From: an uncultured Anaerolineaceae bacterium
Lineage (GTDB): Bacteria; Chloroflexota; Anaerolineae; Aggregatilineales; Aggregatilineaceae
Length of the DNA: 34,559 nt
Assembly: GCA_964526095.1 (NCBI GenBank)
Contig: CAZGLU010000001.1
Coordinates: 1-34,559, forward strand
Reading direction: 5' to 3'
Below, piece after piece: positions 28,150 to 34,559 of this stretch. The notes beneath the pieces were generated by a model. The model was not told where the DNA came from, ran no database searches, and saw only the letters and a list, made by a program, of their open reading frames with translations. The position numbers and the translations under genes are program-made. The number at the start of each line of letters is the position of its first letter. Within the stretch, counting starts at the first letter, position 1.

Positions 28150-29235
28150 TCACGCCTCCTGCGCGCGCTCGGCCAGCAGCAGACGCAGGTGGCCCGTCGC
28201 GTTCATCAACTCGTAGGGCACGTTCGCCGTGTGCGGGTACTCCTCACGCAGCACGATCACGTTCGGGTAGCGTTCCTTGAGGTGCGGCGCGACCATGTAC
28301 GACCCGCCCCCGGCGAGGATCACGCGGTCCACGTCGCCCAGGTCGTTCCACTGCTTCTGGAAGATGTCGCGCTCGATCAGGTCGGCCAGGCGCTCGCCCA
28401 GGTCGTAGATCCACTCGCTGAGGTCCACGCGCTCCTTGGAGTGGCGCAGCACCGCGTACCCGTTGCGCAGGTTGGTTTCGCACTCGTCCTCGGTCCAGTC
28501 CTCGCCCAGCTCGTCCATCGCCCAGCGCTGCATAAGCTGGTACACGCCGCTGATGCTGTTGGTCAGGCTGAGGGCCGTGTTCGCCAGAAGCTGCGGCCCC
28601 TCGAAGATGGCGCTGTCGATCGTGCGGTAGCCCGTGTCCACCACGCCGGTGCGCCCCTGGCTGAACTCGGCGTTGACGAAGCGGCCCGCCTCGTCGAGCA
28701 TGTAGACCGCGCCCGCGCCCGCGCCCTCCGGGAACACCTGGGTGACCTCGGCCTCGATGCGGTAGAACCGCTCGTTGTATTCAACGCGGTACGCCCCGCC
28801 AAACTCCACCATGCGGTCGGCCAGCCGGTAGTAGACCGGCGGCGCGTTGAGCAGCCAGCGCACCTGCACCTTGAACTCGTCGGCCTCGCTGTCGATCAGA
28901 TTTTCGAGGGCGCGCACCGTCCCGGCCAGGATCAGCACCAACTGGTACTCGCTGCCGATGCGCTCCTTGGACGTGATGCGCGTCTTCAGCCCCGGCAGGA
29001 GGTTGGCCGTGTCGCCCACGGCGAACGACTTGCGGTCCTGCCAGTTGCCGGTCTGCTGGTTCATGCGCTCGACGTGGATCGTGAAGCCCTGTGTGCCCTG
29101 CCCGCCGAGCCGCACATCTTCGACCTGCTGGATCACGCTGGGGAAGATGATCGGCGCGACACGCTCACCGATGATACAGGTCGTGCCGTTGCCGGGGTCG
29201 ATCACCAGGTCGATGGGGTGCTTGACGGTGTACAC
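28150..29235 (-). CDS. ParM/StbA-like actin-fold ATPase
   Basis: IDPGNGTT (phosphate 1), VFPEGAGA, VVDTGYRTID (phosphate 2), ILAGGGS, NATG; AGGAG before GTG 29235 (alternative start 29259). Confidence 0.85.
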   Translation of the reverse strand: MYTVKHPIDLVIDPGNGTTCIIGERVAPIIFPSVIQQVEDVRLGGQGTQGFTIHVERMNQQTGNWQDRKSFAVGDTANLLPGLKTRITSKERIGSEYQLVLILAGTVRALENLIDSEADEFKVQVRWLLNAPPVYYRLADRMVEFGGAYRVEYNERFYRIEAEVTQVFPEGAGAGAVYMLDEAGRFVNAEFSQGRTGVVDTGYRTIDSAIFEGPQLLANTALSLTNSISGVYQLMQRWAMDELGEDWTEDECETNLRNGYAVLRHSKERVDLSEWIYDLGERLADLIERDIFQKQWNDLGDVDRVILAGGGSYMVAPHLKERYPNVIVLREEYPHTANVPYELMNATGHLRLLLAERAQEA

Positions 29236-29261
29236 CTTTTTGCGTCTCCTCTTACCCACGG

Positions 29262-29813
29262 TTAGCGCCCTCTCTGGAATTCGTCGCAGTACGCACGGAT
29301 CGAAGCGATCAAGGCTTGCGCGTTGCTGGCCCCATCCACCGGGACCGGGTCGGGCGGCGGGAGGACCCGGCCCCCCTCCCTGGCCGGGCGTACGGGGCCA
29401 CGTCGGCGCCGGGCGCTCATATCCAGCCCGCCGGATTCGACCAGTCCGGCGTCGTCTGCCAGGCCGGGCGCGCGGGTCCGTTCGGCATGGGGACGGCCCG
29501 CCCCCTGCTCCGCCATCAGCGCACGCAGGGCAGCCAGCTCCTGCATCACACTGGCCAGCGCGTCGCCGGGTACCTCGCTGCCGGAGGGCGGCGCGACCCG
29601 GCGGGCGGATGGCGCGCGCGGCGGCTGGACGTACGGCAGCAGCGCCTGAAGGTGGGGCGGCGGCTCCAACCCGGCCAGCAGGTAGCACGCCAGCTTGACG
29701 ACCTTCGTCATGGACTGCGACTGCGCGAACCCGCCGAGCCACTGCTCAAGCTCCGCGTCGTGAGCATCGAACCGGATCATGATGCCCTGTCGTGTGCGGC
29801 GTGCTTTGCCCAT
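29262..29813 (-). CDS. putative ribbon-helix-helix DNA-binding adaptor (ParR-like), co-transcribed with the actin
   Basis: IMIRFD strand followed by two helices (DAELEQWLGG, MTKVVKLACYLL), disordered middle, C-terminal helix; position directly upstream of actin. Confidence 0.5.
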   Translation of the reverse strand: MGKARRTRQGIMIRFDAHDAELEQWLGGFAQSQSMTKVVKLACYLLAGLEPPPHLQALLPYVQPPRAPSARRVAPPSGSEVPGDALASVMQELAALRALMAEQGAGRPHAERTRAPGLADDAGLVESGGLDMSARRRRGPVRPAREGGRVLPPPDPVPVDGASNAQALIASIRAYCDEFQRGR

Positions 29814-29831
29814 GAGCGCCCTACCCTTCTG

Positions 29832-29887
29832 ATTATACCGTCAATTCAGTGCGGCACTTGAACGGCGTGCTAGCACTATGCTAGCAT
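29832..29887 (-). promoter_or_regulatory. promoter of RHH-actin operon with tandem palindromic operator
   Basis: TATAAT on minus strand (29837-29832); TGCTAGCA at 29868 and 29879 (11-bp period). Confidence 0.6.
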
Positions 29888-30142
29888 AGGTAAGGGTTGT
29901 GACGCAATATGTATGTACATTCCGGGGGTACGCCGGGGGTAAACCCTGGTATGGGGTTATTAGAGCGCCCGACGAGGCGCCGCAGCCCGGCCCATACGGG
30001 GGTGCCAGGGCGCTGCAATGGTTACGCGCATACCCTATGCGTGCCTACGTAAACCCTTGTATGGCCCTTGTATTCGTCGCGCGCGCCCGCCCAGCCTGTG
30101 TTACAATGCAATCAGCGCCACCTGAAAGCGAGAGAGCTGCCC

Positions 30143-30847
30143 GTGAACCCCGCCGAGTTAGCCAAGCTGATCGAAGTCTCCGGCGATACCCTGCGCCGCT
30201 GGACCAGGGAATACCGGGATTACCTGTCGCCCTCGGCCACGCCGCCGAAGGGCCAGCCGCGCATCATGACCGAGCACGATCAGCGCGTGATGCTGCTCAT
30301 CCGGACGCTGCGCAACGCCGGGCAGGACCGCGACGCGATCATCCTCACGCTGCAAAGGGAGCAGGAAAACGGGTGGTCCAACCTGCCCCCCCTGCCGGAA
30401 AACTGGGGCACCCCGACGATCCGTGCCGACGTCGCCGCCTCCCGCGCCTCGGAGCTGGCGACCGTCGCCGCGCTGCAAACGCAGCTTCAGCACGTGACCA
30501 AAGCGCTCGAGGACGCCCAGCGCCGCGTCGCCAGCCTGGAGGAAGCCCTCGCCGAAGCCGCCGAGCGCGAGCGTGCCCTGCGCGAGGAAAGCATCGCCCG
30601 CGAGCGCGCCCTGCGTGACCAGGCCGCCGAGGTTGAGCGCGAGCGGCAGGAGTTGCAGATCAGGCTGCTGGAGGCGAAGGGCGACGTGACCCGGCTGGAG
30701 GGCGATCTCAAGGCTTACGCCGCGCGCCTGGAAGCCTACAGCTTTGGCCGCGAGCGCCCGATCCACATCGTCTATATCGTGGCCGGGGCGCTGCTGTTCG
30801 GGGCGCTGCTCGTCGCGCTGATCTTCGTCATTGCGTCGCTGATTTGA
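30143..30847 (+). CDS. MerR-type HTH + long coiled coil + C-terminal TM protein
   Basis: PAELAKLIEVSGDTLRRWTREYRDYLSP...RIMTEHDQRVM; heptad-rich ~100 aa; IVYIVAGALLFGALLVALIFVIASLI; GTG start 30143. Confidence 0.75.
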   Translation: MNPAELAKLIEVSGDTLRRWTREYRDYLSPSATPPKGQPRIMTEHDQRVMLLIRTLRNAGQDRDAIILTLQREQENGWSNLPPLPENWGTPTIRADVAASRASELATVAALQTQLQHVTKALEDAQRRVASLEEALAEAAERERALREESIARERALRDQAAEVERERQELQIRLLEAKGDVTRLEGDLKAYAARLEAYSFGRERPIHIVYIVAGALLFGALLVALIFVIASLI

Positions 30848-30880
30848 TCGGCGCGGTGCGGGTCCCCCCGGTACAATCAG

Positions 30881-30903
30881 GCGCGATGTCATCGCGCTTT
30901 TTT
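30881..30903 (+). terminator. possible terminator hairpin after MerR-like gene
   Basis: gcgcgat-gtc-atcgcgc-tttttt. Confidence 0.45.
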
Positions 30904-30945
30904 GATCGCTACATTTTTGATCGCCACATCAGGAGAACCACGATT

Positions 30946-31665
30946 ATGGCTCAGCCTCATAAGGACATATCACCCGCCACGCTGGCGCTCAAGCGTCAGG
31001 CTGCGACCGTCGCCGTGGATACCTTCGTCCGCTCCGGGATGGCCCTCGGCCTCGGCTCCGGCACGACGGCGCTGGAGGCCGTGCGCGTCATCGGGGAGCG
31101 GCTGGCGCAGGGGACGCTGACGGATATCGTCGGTGTGCCGTGCTCGGTCTGGATCGAGGAGCACGCCCGCGCGCTGGGCATCCCCCTCGCGACGCTGGAG
31201 GAGCAGCCTGACCTCGCGCTGGTCATCGACGGGGCGGATGAGGTTGACCCGAACCTGGACCTGATCAAGGGCGGCGGCGGATCGCTGCTGCGCGAGAAGA
31301 TCGTCGCGCAGGCGTCCCGTCGCCAGGTGATCATCGTGGACGAGTCCAAGTTGTCGGATGGGCTGGGCACCCGGTTCCCGCTGCCGGTCGAGGTCGTCAC
31401 CTTCGGGTGGACGCAGCAGGAGGCCTTCCTGCGCGAGTTGGGCGGGCAGCCCACGCTGCGCCGCACGGCGTCCGGCGAGCCGTTCGTCACCAACCAGGGC
31501 AACTACATCCTCGACTGCGACTTTGGCCGCATCCCCGATCCGTATGCCCTGGCCGACACCCTCAAGCGCCGTACCGGGATCGTGGAACACGGCCTGTTCC
31601 TGGGCACCGCGGGGGATGTGATCGTCGCCGGGGCAGGGGGCATCCGCCACCTGACGCGTGACTGA
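30946..31665 (+). CDS. rpiA: ribose-5-phosphate isomerase A
   Basis: GLGSGTT, DGADEVD, IKGGGG.LLREKIVA, PVEV, GIVEHGLF; AGGAG RBS. Confidence 0.96.
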   Translation: MAQPHKDISPATLALKRQAATVAVDTFVRSGMALGLGSGTTALEAVRVIGERLAQGTLTDIVGVPCSVWIEEHARALGIPLATLEEQPDLALVIDGADEVDPNLDLIKGGGGSLLREKIVAQASRRQVIIVDESKLSDGLGTRFPLPVEVVTFGWTQQEAFLRELGGQPTLRRTASGEPFVTNQGNYILDCDFGRIPDPYALADTLKRRTGIVEHGLFLGTAGDVIVAGAGGIRHLTRD

Positions 31666-31676
31666 CCCGGCGCTGC

Positions 31677-32774
31677 TCAGTCGTCCGTGACGAGGAACTC
31701 CGCCCGGCCCATGATCTGCCCGTTGATCTGGACCTCGATCGCGTGCGGGCCGGGGTAGTAGCGGCGCGTGGTCACGGGCCGGAAGCTGTGCCGCCTGGTG
31801 ACGGTCAACGCCCCGCCGGGCGGCAGGCTGGCCTTCGTCAGCTTGAAAACCTTGGGGGTGTGCTTCCCGTTGGCGCGCACCAGCCGCACGACGTAATCGA
31901 TCATCAGGTTCTGCGGCGCGTCGCTCAAGGAGCGCACCTCGAAGGCGAACGTGACCTCGCCGCCCATCGGGATCGCGCCCGGCTTGACCGTCACCGGCCC
32001 CACCTCGACCCGGCCCCCCGCCTCGTAGCCGAGCAGCGCCAGGGCCGCCGGGTCGCCGCGCTTGACCAGCATGCGCAATGCCCGGTTCATGAGCTGCCGC
32101 ATCTCCGGGGTGTCGTGTTCGCGCCAGCGTCCCAACACGTCGAGCACGACCTGCGGGTTGTCCTTGGCGATGTCGTTGAGGTTGTTCGCCACGCTGCGCC
32201 GCACGTATTCTTCGGGGTCCAGCTTCAGGCGTTCCAGCACGGGCAGGATCGGCGCGGGATCCGCCTTCAGCGCGGGCAGGGCGATGCCCCACGGCAGGCG
32301 CGGGCGGCATCCCTCGCTGGCGAGGCGGCGCACATGGACGTTCTCATGTTCGGCCCAACGTTCCATCTGGGCCATCATGCGCGGCTGGTCCTGCATGATG
32401 AACGGGCGCACCGCGAACTCCGCGCTCACCATCTGCGTGAACTGCTCCAGCGCGGGGATCGACGCCTCCCAGTCGTCCAGGCCGTAGACCTCCACGAAGT
32501 CCGGCAGGACCATCGCCTCGAACCCGTAACCCTGCATGGCCGCCCCCGCACGCCGCAGGATATCCAGGGCGGTGCGGTAGTCGGCGGGCAGCGCCTCCCC
32601 GAGGCACCGGGTCACGTGCCGGGCGCGGGCCTTCAGCTCGCGGCCCTCCCACGCGTCGTCGAACACGGCGGCCATGAACGCGTCGCGGTCGAAGGGCGGG
32701 TGCGCGGCCCGGACGGCGTCGGCCAGCGCGCCGATGGACCGGACGTTGAACAGGTTTTTGAACGGCTCAGGCAT
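31677..32774 (-). CDS. DNA alkylation repair protein (AlkC-like HEAT-repeat glycosylase with C-terminal Ig-like domain)
   Basis: ELKAR, SAEFAVRPF, VRRLASEG.RPRLPW, YVRRSVANNLNDIAKD, KVFKL, TTRRYYPG.H. Confidence 0.88.
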   Translation of the reverse strand: MPEPFKNLFNVRSIGALADAVRAAHPPFDRDAFMAAVFDDAWEGRELKARARHVTRCLGEALPADYRTALDILRRAGAAMQGYGFEAMVLPDFVEVYGLDDWEASIPALEQFTQMVSAEFAVRPFIMQDQPRMMAQMERWAEHENVHVRRLASEGCRPRLPWGIALPALKADPAPILPVLERLKLDPEEYVRRSVANNLNDIAKDNPQVVLDVLGRWREHDTPEMRQLMNRALRMLVKRGDPAALALLGYEAGGRVEVGPVTVKPGAIPMGGEVTFAFEVRSLSDAPQNLMIDYVVRLVRANGKHTPKVFKLTKASLPPGGALTVTRRHSFRPVTTRRYYPGPHAIEVQINGQIMGRAEFLVTDD

Positions 32775-32881
32775 GGGGATCACCTCCGGGGCTGTGTGGC
32801 GAGCGGTGAGGCTGCCCGGCTGGCGGGACGGGGAGAATTAGAACACGCGTTCTCAATTCTGGCAAGGGATAGCTCGCCGCC

Positions 32882-33541
32882 TCACCGGGCGCCGTGCCAC
32901 CAGATCGCCGCGTCGGGCAGGTAGTGGTCGAGCGGGACGAAGCCGCGCCACGCCTGCGCTGGAGTTTCTCCGGCGGGCGGTTCGTAGACCAGCGCCTCGA
33001 CCGGCAGGCCGGGGTCCACGAACAGCGCCTCGCTCAGCGGCAGCACGACCTCGGCCACCACCGCGTGCGGGACGTACCCCAGCCGCAGCTCGACCTGGCG
33101 CTCGCCGCGCAGGCCGGGCCGGGTGCGTGCGTCGACGAAGTCCGGCACGCCCAGCGCCGCGACCACGTCGCCAAGCCGCAGCGCGGGCGCGAACAGGGTC
33201 AGCCGATCCACATAGGGGCTGTGAAAGCGCACCAGCGACAGGTAAAAATGCGCCCCGCCGGGCAGGGTGATCTCCCAGTTGTCGAACCCGGTAGGGGACC
33301 CCCGCGACCGGTAGAGGCGCACGGACCAGTCACCCGGCGGCGCCTCGATCCAGGCGCGCAGGGTCGAGGGCGCGATCGCGCCTGGGTGCAGCCCGGCCCA
33401 GCACGGCGCTTCACAGGATGGGTCGGGCAGCAGCGCCGCCACGTCGGGCGGCGGGGCCTTCGGTGCGAGGATACGCGCTGCGCCGATCAGGCCGGCACAC
33501 AGCGCGAACAGGGCTGCGACCAGGCTCAGAAGGCTGCGCAT
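32882..33541 (-). CDS. hypothetical membrane-anchored/secreted protein
   Basis: N-terminal hydrophobic segment; CEAPCWAGLHPG, LGDVVAALGVP, WRGF motifs. Confidence 0.65.
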   Translation of the reverse strand: MRSLLSLVAALFALCAGLIGAARILAPKAPPPDVAALLPDPSCEAPCWAGLHPGAIAPSTLRAWIEAPPGDWSVRLYRSRGSPTGFDNWEITLPGGAHFYLSLVRFHSPYVDRLTLFAPALRLGDVVAALGVPDFVDARTRPGLRGERQVELRLGYVPHAVVAEVVLPLSEALFVDPGLPVEALVYEPPAGETPAQAWRGFVPLDHYLPDAAIWWHGAR

Positions 33542-33554
33542 CCCGGCCCGTCGC

Positions 33555-34559
33555 TCAGGCCGCCGCGCGTTCCCGCGCCGCCCGCTCGAAGGCCCGCCTG
33601 AACCCGGGCAGCGCCCGCTCGATCATCTCGTCGCTGGCCGTGAGCGACAGGCGGAAGTAGCCCGGCATCTCCACGATCGACCCCGGCAGGCACAGGATGT
33701 CGTGCTCCGCCAACACCATCGCGTAGGCCCAGTCGTCCGCCAGCGGGGAGCGCGGCAGCAGGTAGAACGTGCCCTCCGGCGCGTGGACCTCGTAGCCGAT
33801 GGCGCTCAGCTCGTCCACCAACCAGTTCCGCTTGTCCTCCAGGTGGCTGACGTCGATCGACAGCTTCTCCAGGTCCGCCAGGGCGTGCTGCAACAGCGCA
33901 TTGGGGAAGGCGAAGCCCGTCACCAACTGGCCCGCGAACAGGTGCTCGCGCATGGTCGCGCGGTCGGGCATGGCCGGGGGCAGGGCGATGTAGCCGATCC
34001 GCTGGCCGGGGGTCAGCAGCGTTTTGCCGTAGGTGTACAGCAGGAAGCTGTAGGGATAGTAGCTCGTCGCGCTGTGGTAGGGCCGGTTGTCAAAGATGAT
34101 CCGGCTGTACGCCTCGTCCGAGAGCAGGTACACCGGGCGGCCCTGCCGCTCGCTGGCCTGTGTCAGCAGGTCGGCCAGCCCTTGCAGCGTCTCCGGCGGG
34201 TAGATTTTGCCGGTGGGGTTGTTGGGCGAGTTCACGATGATCGCCCGCGTGCGCTCGGTGAGCGCCGCCTCGATCGCGGCCAGGTCCAGGTCGAAGGTGT
34301 CCGCCCGGATCGGGACGCGCACCGGCCGCGCGCCGGTCATGTAGATCATCGCCTCGTAGAAGAACCATGGCGGCGTGACGTAGATCACCTCCTCGCCGAG
34401 GCTGACGACTGTGTTCAGCGCCACCGCGATCGCGGCGAACCCGCCGTTCGTCATCAAAATATCGTCGGCCTCGAAGGAGGCTCCGCGCCAGGCTCGCAGG
34501 GTCGCCGCGACCGTCTCCCGCGCGGATTCCTCGCTCAGCTTGTAGGCGAACCAGTCCTT
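33555..34559 (-). CDS. class I/II PLP aminotransferase (C-terminal part; N-terminus at 250..1)
   Basis: VNSPNNPTG, LSDEAY, YTYGKTLLTPGQRIGY, EGTFY, YFRLS. Confidence 0.92.
   Translation of the reverse strand, partial: KDWFAYKLSEESARETVAATLRAWRGASFEADDILMTNGGFAAIAVALNTVVSLGEEVIYVTPPWFFYEAMIYMTGARPVRVPIRADTFDLDLAAIEAALTERTRAIIVNSPNNPTGKIYPPETLQGLADLLTQASERQGRPVYLLSDEAYSRIIFDNRPYHSATSYYPYSFLLYTYGKTLLTPGQRIGYIALPPAMPDRATMREHLFAGQLVTGFAFPNALLQHALADLEKLSIDVSHLEDKRNWLVDELSAIGYEVHAPEGTFYLLPRSPLADDWAYAMVLAEHDILCLPGSIVEMPGYFRLSLTASDEMIERALPGFRRAFERAARERAAA
34505..34559. repeat. 55-bp terminal direct repeat (copy 2)
   Basis: identical to 1-55. Confidence 0.97.

Noticed and set aside
28150-29742. 530-aa ORF as a long actin fusion
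   Set aside because: The first ~170 aa are low-complexity read-through overlapping the 29262-29813 gene in another frame; actin motifs and an RBS begin near 29235.
33555-34457. Truncated aminotransferase pseudogene
   Set aside because: The missing N-terminus is at 250..1 and joins in frame across the circular junction.

Overview
High-GC bacterial DNA, most likely Chloroflexota/Anaerolineae (inferred from gene content). The window appears to be a complete circular contig. Bases 1-55 are identical to 34505-34559, and a 399-aa class I/II aminotransferase reads in frame across the join, giving a 34,504-bp circle. The circle carries chromosome-like cargo: a complete group 3d [NiFe]-hydrogenase operon hoxEFUYH+hoxW, rpiA, xth, a K+/H+ antiporter, a glutaminyl cyclase and SH3/LysM/PA14 surface proteins. 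It also carries what looks like an undescribed plasmid-type maintenance kit. (i) Two paralogous wHTH replication-initiator-like genes (14138-15094, 27003-28040), each with an intragenic array of GGT(A/G)GT repeats at alternating 22/23-bp spacing. Each is preceded by a ~270-nt leader with the same architecture: sense -10, long nested hairpin, antisense promoter and ~100-nt counter-transcript with terminator. (ii) A ParM/StbA-like actin with an upstream RHH-like gene, divergent from a MerR-HTH/coiled-coil/TM protein, around a repeat-rich intergenic region. (iii) A dif-like site at 18881-18908. An RRM-PHAX RNA-binding fusion protein is also present. I recognised no integrase, transposase, relaxase or phage structural gene. 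All functional assignments come from reading motifs by eye; no database searches were run.
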